NCBI GenBank assembly: GCA_963805625.1
Contig: CAWDVE010000010.1
Coordinates: 1,216,001-1,280,000 of the forward strand
Reading direction: 5' to 3'
DNA: 64,000 nucleotides
DNA from: an uncultured Candidatus Rokubacteria bacterium
GTDB lineage: Bacteria; Methylomirabilota; Methylomirabilia; Rokubacteriales; DASRDR01
Both the position numbers and the translations under genes were made by a program. The notes below the pieces were generated by a model, which saw nothing but the letters and a program-made list of their open reading frames with translations, was not told the origin of the DNA and did no database searches. Every line of letters begins with the position of its first letter. Positions within the stretch are counted from its first letter, which is position 1. Of this stretch, positions 30,463 through 40,329 are shown piece after piece.

Positions 30463-31788
30463 CTACGCTCCCGGATATTCCTCGAACGAGCCGAACCGTC
30501 GGACGAGGGCGAGGTACTCCTCCCGCGAGAGCTTCGGCCCCGCCTCCGCCTTGACCCGGCGAGCCTCGCGGGCCCCGTCGAGGAGCAGATCGACGACGGT
30601 CATCGCCATCGCCTTGGCGGGATTGACTGCCGCCAGCACGTGGTCGACGACCACGTAGTCCGCGCCGTGGATCACGCCCTGCACGCCGCCCGCGCGCGGA
30701 TGCGCCTCGGGCATGATGAATCCCAGGTCGCCAACGTCTGTGGATCCGGTGGAGTGACGCGGCCGCCCCATGTTGGCCTCCCCGACGACGGCAGCGCAGT
30801 TGGCGCGCGTCAGGGCGACCAGGTTGGGATCCATCTGCTGGGGCAGGTAGCCCGGGATCGTCGTGATCTGGACCCGCGCCCCCATGGCCTGAGCCCCCGC
30901 GCGCAGGCTCCGGTCCACTTTCCGCGCCGCGTCGGCGATCGCTTCCACGGTCTTGCCGCGAACGAAGGTCTCGAGCCGCACGTCGGCCGGCACGGCGCTC
31001 ACCGCCTCGCCGCCCCGGGTCACGATCGGGTGGACGCGGATCGTGTCGTCGTCGCGGAACGTCTCGCGGTTGGCGTCGATGGCGTGGAGCGCGATCTGGG
31101 CGGCCTTGAGCGCGTTGATTCCGAGGTGCGGCGCGCTCCCGGCGTGGGCGCCCCGGCCCAGGAAGCGCATGAACTTCACGACGCAGCCGTTGTGCGTGTC
31201 TCCGACGCTCGCCAGGCCGTCCTCCGGGCGGGCGTTCGTATGGGTGATGATCGCCATGTCCACGTCGTCGAACTCTCCGAGCCGGATCAGCTCCGCCTTG
31301 CCCACGAGGAACTCGATCTGGCCCCGCTCCCGGAGGCCGAGGCGCCACTCCACCTCGATGTACTCCTCGGCGGGCACGGCGAAGAGCACCACGTCGCCAT
31401 CGAGCTCGTCCATGACGGCCTGGAGACCCATGCCGGCGCCGATCATCGACGCCACCTGGGCGTTGTGGCCGCACGCGTGGGCCGCACGTGTGTTCGGGTC
31501 CGCGAAGGGGTGCTCCCCGACGATCAGGGAGTCGAGCTCGCCGAGGACCGCGACGGTCGGGCCGCGCGAGCGGCCGCGGAGCCGGGTCTTCACCCCGGTG
31601 AGGGCCAGCCCTTCCCGGCACTCGAGCCCCATCCGGCGGAACCACCCCGCGACGAACTCGGCGGTGCGCACCTCGCGGTAGCCCGACTCGGGATGTTTCA
31701 TGATGTGCTCGCTGATCGCGACGATCTCGCCCTTCCTGCGGTCGATCGCGGCGCAAAGGCGCGCCTTCAGCTCCTCGGCAGTCGCCAT
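30463..31788 (-). CDS. M20-family amidohydrolase
   Basis: HPESGYREVRTA, GELDSL, HACGHNAQ, PAEE, GSTDVGD. Confidence 0.9.
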   Translation of the reverse strand: MATAEELKARLCAAIDRRKGEIVAISEHIMKHPESGYREVRTAEFVAGWFRRMGLECREGLALTGVKTRLRGRSRGPTVAVLGELDSLIVGEHPFADPNTRAAHACGHNAQVASMIGAGMGLQAVMDELDGDVVLFAVPAEEYIEVEWRLGLRERGQIEFLVGKAELIRLGEFDDVDMAIITHTNARPEDGLASVGDTHNGCVVKFMRFLGRGAHAGSAPHLGINALKAAQIALHAIDANRETFRDDDTIRVHPIVTRGGEAVSAVPADVRLETFVRGKTVEAIADAARKVDRSLRAGAQAMGARVQITTIPGYLPQQMDPNLVALTRANCAAVVGEANMGRPRHSTGSTDVGDLGFIMPEAHPRAGGVQGVIHGADYVVVDHVLAAVNPAKAMAMTVVDLLLDGAREARRVKAEAGPKLSREEYLALVRRFGSFEEYPGA

Positions 31789-31960
31789 CCGGCCTCCTCT
31801 GCCCGACGGGTTCGCCCGTCTGGACGCGAAGCGACGGTACACCACGGCCGTCGGGGGGAACAAGCGGCCGGACGAACGTGAACCGCCGAGGACCTCCGCC
31901 GCGGCCGTCTAGTCGGGTACACTCGGGCATGCGGTGACACGCCCGCGCGCGAGGAGACGC

Positions 31961-32836
31961 ATGGCACAGCGAAGGTTCCCGGTGCTCGTGGCAACCGACG
32001 GCAGCGCACAGGCCCGCGCCGCGGTCGAGACCGCGACGGTCTTCCCCTGGCCCCCCAATAGCACGGGGCACGGCGTCGTCGCGCGGGGCACCCCCGTGCT
32101 GACCGACGCGACCCCGGCTGTGTGGGAGGCGCTCCTGGAGGTCGGTCGGGCCGAGGCCCGCCGCGCGGAGCAGCGCCTCCAACGGCGCTGGCCCGACGCG
32201 GACGTCGTCGTCACCGATTCGCCGCCCGTCCCGGGAATCCTCGCGCGGGCCCGCAAGCTCCGTGCGCGGGTGATCGTGATCGGCTCCCGGGGGCTGGGCG
32301 CAGTCGGGCGCCTCCTCCTCGGAAGCGTGAGCCGGACCGTCGTGCGACGGGCACCCTGCGCCGTGCTGGTGGTACGAGGATCGGCGCGGGCTCCACGCCG
32401 TTTCCTGATCGGCGTCGACGGCTCACCCCACGCGCGCGGTGCCGTGGCGTTCGTCGCCGGCCTCACCCCGCCGCGCGGCGGCCAGGCGCGCCTGCTCCGC
32501 GTGGTCGAGCCCGTCCGGCTCCCTTCCACCGGGCTCGTGCCCGCTCGCGTGCGCGCCCTGTTGACCCAAGAGGCAGAGAACCTCGAGCAAGAGCACATGG
32601 CCGCGGCGCGGCGGCAGCTCGAGGCCGCCCGCGAGCGACTCACGCGAGCGGGGTGGAGTGTGAGAACCGAGGTCCGGATGGGCCGCCCGCTCGAGGATCT
32701 CCTTACCACTTCGACGGACGCCGACGTCCTGGTTGTGGGCGCGCGGGGCATCGGCGCGGTCGAGCGACTCCTCCTCGGCAGCGTCGCTGAGGGTGCAGTG
32801 AGCCGCGCGCCGGTCCCCGTCCTCGTCGTCCGCTGA
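31961..32836 (+). CDS. Universal stress protein (tandem USP domains)
   Basis: VLVATDGS...GSRGLG...LLGSVS and IGVDGS...GARGIG...LLGSVAEG. Confidence 0.92.
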   Translation: MAQRRFPVLVATDGSAQARAAVETATVFPWPPNSTGHGVVARGTPVLTDATPAVWEALLEVGRAEARRAEQRLQRRWPDADVVVTDSPPVPGILARARKLRARVIVIGSRGLGAVGRLLLGSVSRTVVRRAPCAVLVVRGSARAPRRFLIGVDGSPHARGAVAFVAGLTPPRGGQARLLRVVEPVRLPSTGLVPARVRALLTQEAENLEQEHMAAARRQLEAARERLTRAGWSVRTEVRMGRPLEDLLTTSTDADVLVVGARGIGAVERLLLGSVAEGAVSRAPVPVLVVR

Positions 32837-32891
32837 GAGCCCGAACCCGTCGGCACTCTTCGAGCCCTGCCCAGGGGATAGGAGGCCTCGG

Positions 32892-34784
32892 ATGCACGCG
32901 CACGACGATGCCGGCCAGGCTCACAGGAGCCACGGGCACCCCCATCCCTATCTCTCGGCCGCCGCGGGCGCGCTCGTCCGGCTCTCGCCGAGCCTCTACT
33001 GGTACCGCGACACGTGCAACGTCTATCTCCTCGTCCGCGGGGACCGCGGGCTCCTGATCGACTTCGGCTCGGGCGGCATCCTCGCGCACCTCGCCGAGGT
33101 GGGGGTGAGCGAGATCGAGTGGGTGCTCCACACACATCACCACCGGGATCAGTGTCAGGGGGACCATCTCCTCGCGGTACGGGGCGTTCCGATCGCGGTG
33201 CCCGAGCGCGAGGCGGCGCTGTTCGCCGAGACCGACGCGTTCTGGCGGCTCAAGCGGATCTACGACAACTACGACGTCTCCAGCATCGGGTTCACGCTGC
33301 CCCGGCCGGTCCCCGTCGCCCGGGCGCTCCGCGACTACGAGACGCTCGCCTGGCGCGGCTATGACATCCGCGTGCTACCGACTCCGGGCCACACCAAGGG
33401 CTCGGTCACCTTCGCGGCCGAGATCGACGGCGTGCCGACGGCGTTCTGCGGCGACCTCGTCGCCGAGCCCGGCCACGTCCACACGATCCATGACCTCCAG
33501 TGGCAGTACGGCCTGCCCGACGCGGTCGGTGCCGCTCTCCACTCCGTGACGCTCCTCGCCGGGCTGCCGCTCCAGCGGCTCTGTCCCTCTCACGGCCACC
33601 CGACGGACGACGCGACGGGGGCGCTCCGCCTCCTCGAGCCGAAGCTCCGCCTCCTGTACGGCCTCCAGGGCGAGATGCGGAAGAACCGGGTCTGGCCGGT
33701 CTGGCCTCACTCGGTGGACCAGCCGAAGGCCCACGTCCTCCCTCACCTCTGGGCGAACCCCCACTCGGTGGCGAACTGCTACGCGCTCATGGCCGACGAC
33801 GGCCGGGCGCTCCTTCTCGACTACGGCTTTCCGAGCTGGGATCACATGGCAGCGGACATGCGCTTCGTCGAGCACTCGCTCGACGAGCTGAAGGCCGTCG
33901 CGGGCCTCCGGTCGGTTGAGGTCGTGATCCCGAGCCACTACCACGACGACCACCTGGCGGGGCTGCCTTGGCTCCAGCAGACCCAGGGCACGAAGGCGTG
34001 GATCTTCGAAAACTTCGCCGAGATCGTGTCGAACCCGGCCGGCTACAACGTGCCGTGTCTCCTACCCCACCCCATCCGCGTGGATCGTGCTCTGACGGAC
34101 GGCGGGCGCGTCTCCTGGGACCGGTGGACATTCGACGTCTTCCACATGCCCGGACACACCTGGTGGGCGCTCGGCCTCTTCGGCGAGATCGACGGCACGC
34201 GCGTGGCCTTCACCGGGGACAACCTCCTCCAGGGGACGGTGAGCCCGCTCCGGGCCGCCGCGCCCGTGTACCGGAACAAGATGCTCGCGGATTCGATCGC
34301 GGTCGGCGTCCGGCGGCTGATGGAGTTCGAGCCGGAGCTCATCCTCACCGGCCACACGGGGGCGCTCCGCGTCGACCGCAAGATGCTCGAGGACTTCCAC
34401 GGCTGGGCGCGCCAGATCGAGGGCGTCTTCCGGACGCTGGTCGCGGTGCCGGCCGAGGTGAACTTCGCGCTCGATCCGAACTTCGCGATCCTCTACCCCT
34501 ACCGGAACCCCGCCCGCCCGGGGGATCGACTGTCGATCGAGCTCCGGGTCACCAACCACGGGACGGCCGACGCGATTACCCGCGCCAGCCTCGTCGCGCC
34601 GCCGGGATGGTCGGTCTCGCCGGGCGAGGCCGCGACCACCATCGCGGCCGGCGAGAGCGGTGTGCTCCGGTTCGTTGTCGAGGTGCCGGCGGGAGCGGCG
34701 GGGCGGCACGTCCTCTGCGCCGAGCTCGCCCTCGGCGAGAGGCGCTTCGGCCAGATCGCGGAAGGGCTGGTCGACGTCACCTGA
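32892..34784 (+). CDS. Tandem metallo-beta-lactamase-fold hydrolase with a C-terminal beta-sandwich
   Basis: THHHRDQ/PGHT/GD and SHYHDDH/PGHT/GD motifs; C-terminal VTNHG...PPGWSV. Confidence 0.85.
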   Translation: MHAHDDAGQAHRSHGHPHPYLSAAAGALVRLSPSLYWYRDTCNVYLLVRGDRGLLIDFGSGGILAHLAEVGVSEIEWVLHTHHHRDQCQGDHLLAVRGVPIAVPEREAALFAETDAFWRLKRIYDNYDVSSIGFTLPRPVPVARALRDYETLAWRGYDIRVLPTPGHTKGSVTFAAEIDGVPTAFCGDLVAEPGHVHTIHDLQWQYGLPDAVGAALHSVTLLAGLPLQRLCPSHGHPTDDATGALRLLEPKLRLLYGLQGEMRKNRVWPVWPHSVDQPKAHVLPHLWANPHSVANCYALMADDGRALLLDYGFPSWDHMAADMRFVEHSLDELKAVAGLRSVEVVIPSHYHDDHLAGLPWLQQTQGTKAWIFENFAEIVSNPAGYNVPCLLPHPIRVDRALTDGGRVSWDRWTFDVFHMPGHTWWALGLFGEIDGTRVAFTGDNLLQGTVSPLRAAAPVYRNKMLADSIAVGVRRLMEFEPELILTGHTGALRVDRKMLEDFHGWARQIEGVFRTLVAVPAEVNFALDPNFAILYPYRNPARPGDRLSIELRVTNHGTADAITRASLVAPPGWSVSPGEAATTIAAGESGVLRFVVEVPAGAAGRHVLCAELALGERRFGQIAEGLVDVT

Positions 34785-35062
34785 TCGGGCGGCCGCCCGC
34801 GCTGAAAGCACGGGACTCGAAGCTTCACGGGGTTCCCGACGGGACAGCACGAGCGCTGACGGTTCCGGTCCGCGACATCGCCCGTGCGGCGCAGGTGATC
34901 TGACGCGAAACAAGCGCAGGAAGCGAACGATGATGGGCCAGCGGGCCAGCCGCCGAGACTGCGAACGGTGTCCGGCGGGGCACGATAGCTGGCGGCATGG
35001 CGCCTAAACCGTCCCGGTTTCGCGGCCCTCTCGGGGTTGGATGAGCGCAAAGAACAGCGCTC

Positions 35063-35140
35063 TCACACCCTCCACCTTGAATAGACCTTTTTGGGCATTG
35101 CCTTCGAAGATCTCTGCTTGGCCGCCGCGCTCAGACGAAA
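35063..35140 (-). pseudogene. Frameshifted C-terminal remnant of an amidohydrolase-2 (LigJ-like) gene
   Basis: Across frames LSAAAKQ / IFEGNA / KKVYSR resembles the LS..DK.KIFEGNA..VY.R terminus; lower GC. Confidence 0.3.
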
Positions 35141-35316
35141 AGTCACTCGCGGCATTGAATCGTCGCCGCCGCCGCCGCCAGGAGGCGATCCAGCAGCAAC
35201 TCGAGCCCCAGCCCGATCGGGAGCCCAGCGCGCGTGGTCCGGCAGCCTTCCCGACCGCCCGCGAGCCGACGAAGACGGCAACCTCCGTCCTCGGCGCGGC
35301 GCGGCGCGCCTCAGGG

Positions 35317-37242
35317 TCACCCCGATCGGCGGCCCGGGCTCCGGGCACGGCCGCCCGAACGACGAAAGAGTTCGTCCCACAGCTGCACCCCGAGCACCCC
35401 GAGGAGGAGTGGGCCGTCCGAGCCGAGGTGAGCGCGATGCCGCGCCAGGAGGGTCGCGACCGTCCCGGGCTCGAAGTACCCTGTGTCGCGGAGTCGATCC
35501 GGCGACAGGAGATCCTCGGCAAAGGCCGGAAGAGGGCCCCGGAGCCAGCGCGCCATCGGCGCCTGGAGACCCATCTTGCGCTGCCACACCATCTCGCCTG
35601 GCAAAAGGTCGGCCACCGCCTGGCGCAAGACATACTTCCCCGCGTATCGCGGCCGCAGCAGGTGTTCCCCGCGAAGGCGACGGACCTTGAGCCGAGCGGG
35701 GATCTCGGCACACAGCTCCACGAGCTCGTGGTCGAGGAAGGGCACCCGCGCCTCCAGGCCGAACGCCATCGAGGCGGCGTCGAGCGTCAGCGTGTTGTAC
35801 GCCGGCAGTCGTTGGCCGAGGTCGTGCTGCTGGAGACGCTCGAACCGGTTCCGGGGCCGGGGTTCCGGGATCCCGTCTCCGGTCGCGGATCCCGCGTCTC
35901 GGAGCTGGTGCTGGAGGTCCGCGGAGTACAGCCGGTGACGCCCCGCGGCACCAGGGGGTCCGGCCATCCGGCGGAAGCGGGCCAGCCCCATCTCGCTCGG
36001 CCCCAGCGCGATTTCCCGGCCCCAGGAGCCCAGCAGCCGGTGCGCCACGAATCCCCGAAGGGCGCGCGGCAGCAGCGCCGCGGGCCGCAGGAGTCGGTCC
36101 GCCATGTGCCAGGGATACCCGCCGAGCAGTTCGTCGGCGCCTTCCCCCGTCAGCACGACCTTCACGCGCCGCGCGGCCGCCTCCGCCAGGAGCAGGCGCG
36201 GGATCTCGGCGTTGCCTGCGGATGGTGACTCCGCGTGCCACAGCGCCTCCGGATATCGCTCGAAGGCGGAGCGCTCGCACCACACTCGCTCGTTCGGGAC
36301 CGCGTACCCGGGAACCCGGTCGAGCGTCCGTCGGGTCCGGGTCTCGTCGAACGAGGGCTCCTCGAAGCCGAGGGTGAAGGTCGGCAGGAAGTGACCCATC
36401 CGGCACGCCAGGGCGACGACCGTGCTCGAGTCCAGGCCGCTGCTGAGCCACGCCCCGACCGGGACGTCGGACCGCAGGTGCAGACGCACGGTCTCCTCGA
36501 GCTTAGCTCGGAGCCGCTCGGCCGCGGTCGCGCCGTCTGCATCCCCCCTGCCCGGAGCGGTCCGCCCGACCGGCAACCGCCAGTACGGCCGGATCAGCGT
36601 CTGGCCCTCCCGGTACGAGAGCCAGTGCCCCGGCGGGAGCCGGCGAATCCCCTGGAACAGGGTGTGCGGGTCGAACACGAAGCCGTACCCGAAGATCGCA
36701 TCCAGCGCACGCACGTCCGTCGGGCCCGGATCGACACCGCCGGCCAGGATCGCCTTCTGTTCCGACGCGAAATAGATTCCCTCGGACGTCAGCGCGTAGT
36801 GAAGGGGCTTGATCCCGAGACGGTCGCGCACCAGCCAGAGACGCCGGCGGGCAGCGTCCCACAGGGCGAAGCCGAACATTCCCCGGAGCTGGCTCACCGC
36901 CTCGAATCCGTGGTCCTCGTAGAGGTGCACGATCACCTCCACGTCGGACTGGGTGCGAAACCGGTGGCCGCGGGCCTCGAGCACGGCGCGCAGCTCGACG
37001 TGATTGTAGATCTCCCCGTTACAGATGACGGCCACCGTACCGTCCTCGTTGCTGATCGGCTGGTCGCCGGTCCTGACGTCGATGATCGCCAGGCGCTGGA
37101 GCCCGAGGCCAACACCCGGCTCGATGCGGAAGCCCTGGCCATCCGGCCCCCGATGGCGCACGGCCATGGTCATCGCCTCGAGGACGCCCCGAGGCGGCTG
37201 GCGCCGAGGGTCCCCAAGGGCCATCCCCGCGATTCCGCACAT
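35317..37242 (-). CDS. asnB: Asparagine synthase (glutamine-hydrolysing) family amidotransferase
   Basis: MCGIAG, HRGPDG, RLAIID, NGEIYNH, RDRLGIKPL, LSSGLDSS, LTGEGADE, EARVPFLD. Confidence 0.93.
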   Translation of the reverse strand: MCGIAGMALGDPRRQPPRGVLEAMTMAVRHRGPDGQGFRIEPGVGLGLQRLAIIDVRTGDQPISNEDGTVAVICNGEIYNHVELRAVLEARGHRFRTQSDVEVIVHLYEDHGFEAVSQLRGMFGFALWDAARRRLWLVRDRLGIKPLHYALTSEGIYFASEQKAILAGGVDPGPTDVRALDAIFGYGFVFDPHTLFQGIRRLPPGHWLSYREGQTLIRPYWRLPVGRTAPGRGDADGATAAERLRAKLEETVRLHLRSDVPVGAWLSSGLDSSTVVALACRMGHFLPTFTLGFEEPSFDETRTRRTLDRVPGYAVPNERVWCERSAFERYPEALWHAESPSAGNAEIPRLLLAEAAARRVKVVLTGEGADELLGGYPWHMADRLLRPAALLPRALRGFVAHRLLGSWGREIALGPSEMGLARFRRMAGPPGAAGRHRLYSADLQHQLRDAGSATGDGIPEPRPRNRFERLQQHDLGQRLPAYNTLTLDAASMAFGLEARVPFLDHELVELCAEIPARLKVRRLRGEHLLRPRYAGKYVLRQAVADLLPGEMVWQRKMGLQAPMARWLRGPLPAFAEDLLSPDRLRDTGYFEPGTVATLLARHRAHLGSDGPLLLGVLGVQLWDELFRRSGGRARSPGRRSG

Positions 37243-37246
37243 GGTG

Positions 37247-37402
37247 CTACGGTCCCCCAGGGCCGCAGCCGGGCGCCCGCCGAGCACCGGGCGGAGCCGG
37301 CCCCTGAGCCTTCGGAGCCGTCGTCGCCAGCGGGCCCGCCGGCACGGGAACCGAGGCATTCAAGCTCGCGTAGCCGACATGCGGCGCTTGGCTCCTCGGC
37401 AT
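37247..37402 (-). CDS. Possible 51-aa Pro/Ala/Gly-rich peptide directly upstream of asnB
   Basis: GGAGGAAGG RBS, then MPRSQAPHVGYASLNASVPVPAGPLATTAPKAQGPAPPGARRAPGCGPGGP*; stop 4 nt before the asnB ATG. Confidence 0.35.
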   Translation of the reverse strand: MPRSQAPHVGYASLNASVPVPAGPLATTAPKAQGPAPPGARRAPGCGPGGP

Positions 37403-37555
37403 CGTGGGATCCTTCCTCCCCCAACAGGGGAGCAGGCTCCATGGACTCGGGTCAAGGCCAAAGTGTCGAGCCACGATCCCGTCAAGCCGACCATCCCCTG
37501 GACGCACGCGATGAAAGGGACGCCGGGATGATCCTCCGCGCAGGCCAACGGGTCG

Positions 37556-38200
37556 TTGACCCGCCGCCGCTCGGCGGCAGGGATACTCCGGTGTGGAGTG
37601 CTCTGGCGACCACAGTTTGACTACCAGCTGCGGCGATCGCGAGTCTCAGTCGAGCGCGTGCGGTCGATACCCAACGACGCCAAAGCCGCCCTCGTGGAGT
37701 CCGTGTCGAGCGAGGCGATCTCGTCGCGTGACTTCCAGGATCGGTACGTGAGGACTCGCACGCCCGAGGTCATCCGAGGGGGCGCGAGGCACTGGAAAGC
37801 GTGGTACGAATGGGATGCAGGTTATCTCCGGCATGGCAGGGCTCGATCGGACGACGTTCCTATACGGATTCGCACGAGCACCAGGGATTCGCCACGTTCA
37901 TGTGTCAGGTGCGCGGCGCGAAGAAGGTCGTCCTTCACCCGCCGGATGTCCTGCACTCCAGGAGCCTCTATGCGAGCCGATGGATGGGCAACTGGTCGCC
38001 AGTGCGGTTCTTCGACGTCGATCTCGGGCGCTTTCCCAGGTTTGCGTGGATTCGACCTCACAAGGCTGTCATAGGCTGACGCCCTCTACATCCCGGACCC
38101 TTGGTGGCACGCGGTCGTGTCGGCCGACCACGAGCTCGAGGTCACGGTTACCGTCTGGTTGAAACCCCCCTTCCTGACGATCTCGTCTCCGCAGACACTC
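37556..38200 (+). pseudogene. JmjC / cupin-like 2-oxoglutarate oxygenase, fragmented
   Basis: FQDRYVRTRTPEVIRGGARHWKAW..W...YL; other frames TDSHEH..FMCQVRGAKKVVL, FPRF, DALYIPDPWWHAV. Confidence 0.7.
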
Positions 38201-38351
38201 CGCCGGTTCATCGATCGTCGGCGCATTCACGGTGTCAACCTGACCTACCGGACCGACGAGATCCCGGCGGCCATCCATCGGATCGTCCTGCGTCTGACGC
38301 GAGATCGAATCTCTAAACGGAGGCACGGTCCGTGGGTCCGTGATCTTGCGT

Positions 38352-39335
38352 TCACGGGGCGATGGCGGGATAGATCGCCGAGTGCTCCAGCCCGGGGTGC
38401 CGCCGGCCGTAGCGCGCGGGCACGTCCTGGGTCCAGTCGCTGGGGATGGTCAAGGAAAACAGCAACAGGGCGCCGAAAACGAGCCGCCGCCACCAGAGCC
38501 CTCGAGGCCCCTCGGCCTCGAGGGCGTGGTCGGCCGGGGAACTCGCACGCTCGGCCTCGCCAGGCCGGCGCAGGCACCTGACCAGCAACAGGAGACCGAT
38601 GACGGAGACACCGATGTTGAGCGCCTGTCCCGTTGCGATGCCGAGCCACGTCGTCGGGTACTCGCGATACACGTCCACGACGATCCGCAGTGACGCATAG
38701 AAAAAGAGGAACAGGCCGGTCACCACACCCCGGGGCGGATGGCGCCGGCGCACGTATAGGAGCAGCGGGATAAGGAGGAGATTCTTGAAACCATCGTACA
38801 GGACGACGGGGTGCCGGAATCCCTCCGCGTCCGGAAACTTCACGGCCCACCAGACGTCCGTCGGGCTGCCGACGATCTGGCCGTCCACGAAGTTCCCCAG
38901 GCGGCCGGTGCCCAGGATGACGGCGGCGGACACCGCGAGAACGTCCGTCAGCACGAGAAAGGACCGGCCATACAGCCAGGAGAAGATCGCGACGCCGAGC
39001 GTGCCTCCGAGTAGAAGGCCGTGGGTGGCCATGCCGCCGAGCCAGTAGGCAGGCACGAGCCCGGGGTGACTCCGGTAGAACGGCCACTCGTAGAAGATGA
39101 CCTCGACCACCCGGCCGCCGAGGAGCGTGCCGAGCGCGACCCAGATGGCCAGCCCGTAAGCGCGCCGCCGGGAGAAGCCGAGCTCCACGCGGTTTGCGAC
39201 AAGGAACAGCAGGATGCTGGAGAAGCCCACCGCGTAGGCGAGGCCGTACCACCAGAGATGCATGCCGAAGACGGACCCGATGATCGGGTCGATGCTGTGG
39301 ACATACGGACCCCGGAGGGAGACCGGCAGAGTCAC
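38352..39335 (-). CDS. lgt: Prolipoprotein diacylglyceryl transferase family
   Basis: IDPI, WYGLAY, GGR, GGMATHG, GRLGNF, RHPVVLYD; start uncertain. Confidence 0.85.
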   Translation of the reverse strand: MTLPVSLRGPYVHSIDPIIGSVFGMHLWWYGLAYAVGFSSILLFLVANRVELGFSRRRAYGLAIWVALGTLLGGRVVEVIFYEWPFYRSHPGLVPAYWLGGMATHGLLLGGTLGVAIFSWLYGRSFLVLTDVLAVSAAVILGTGRLGNFVDGQIVGSPTDVWWAVKFPDAEGFRHPVVLYDGFKNLLLIPLLLYVRRRHPPRGVVTGLFLFFYASLRIVVDVYREYPTTWLGIATGQALNIGVSVIGLLLLVRCLRRPGEAERASSPADHALEAEGPRGLWWRRLVFGALLLFSLTIPSDWTQDVPARYGRRHPGLEHSAIYPAIAP

Positions 39336-39565
39336 TCGGCGCCTCGCGGCATCCCGCCTCGTCGCCGGGCCGCGACGGGCCGCGCGAGGCGAGGGCGCAT
39401 CAGGCCCGTGACGGGCTGTCGCGGCAGGCGGGACACGCGAGCGAGCGAACGGCCAGGACAACCCATGGCAGATGCCTCCACCTCGACTCAGGCCGAGCAC
39501 AGATCACGCAGGGCCGGGACGATTGGGCCGGTCGAGCGAAGGTTGCTGGGTTAGCGACCCAAGCG

Positions 39566-39907
39566 CTACGCCCTGCGACCGCGGCTCGCGGTGCCTTTGC
39601 CCAGGACCTCCTCCACCCACGTGTAGGCTGCGACCGTCGTCGGGAAGCCCACGGTCGGCGGGGCCAGGGCTACGACGTGGCGGATCTGAGCGGGTGTGAC
39701 GCCGGCTTCTAGGGCCCGGCGCGCGTGCGCGTGCACCGCACCCTCGAGCCGGCCCCCGATGGCCATGCCGAGCTTCACGAGTTCCCGAGTCTTGGCGTCG
39801 AGGGGCCCAGCCTCGGCGCCCGCCTGCCCCAAGGCTTCGTACGCCTTCGCGACGGCCGGATGGTGCCGCGTGAACGCCAGGAACGGCTTCGGGAGCTTGG
39901 GCATCAC
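39566..39907 (-). CDS. Carboxymuconolactone decarboxylase (CMD) family protein
   Basis: GPLDAKTRELVKLG...AVHAHARRALEAG...TVGFP; GGAGG RBS. Confidence 0.88.
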   Translation of the reverse strand: MMPKLPKPFLAFTRHHPAVAKAYEALGQAGAEAGPLDAKTRELVKLGMAIGGRLEGAVHAHARRALEAGVTPAQIRHVVALAPPTVGFPTTVAAYTWVEEVLGKGTASRGRRA

Positions 39908-40329
39908 ACTTCCTCCATTCGGTCAGGGGTGGTTACACTCTCGTGATCCGAACGCAGGCTTCCTTGGTGGGCCCGGGCACCGGGCCCCGTCAAGTCAGTG
40001 CCGACAGCCGTCTGGGCCCGGCGGGTCCCTCCGCGTCGCCCTCGTCTCGCATCCCTCCACCGGAATCGCCGCGTGGGACTCAAGTCAGAGTCCTGGAGGG
40101 CCCCGGGTCCAGCAATCCGCCCGTCCCGGAACAGGGAGATGAGCAAGGTGAGTGCCAGACGTGCGCACCCGAGGACCAACAGTCCCGTGCAGGGTTGGAG
40201 AGAGCCGCCCCCTGGAATGGTGGGGTGTGGGAGGGACGATGTGGCACTGTTGCCCCGTTCACGTGGCCACCGAAAACGCCGTCGGGTGGGCGGCTCCCGG
40301 CCGCGGCGAGGCAACCGGCCGCGGACTGA

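Noticed and set aside
35317-37402. Lasso peptide cluster
   Set aside because: The AsnB has an intact Cys-initiated glutaminase domain, no B1/B2 peptidase or RRE is adjacent, and the peptide lacks a lasso-type leader/core pattern
39932-39947. Possible Pho box upstream of the CMD gene (ATCAC-N6-GTAAC on the minus strand)
   Set aside because: Two weak units with no matching -10 and no functional link to phosphate
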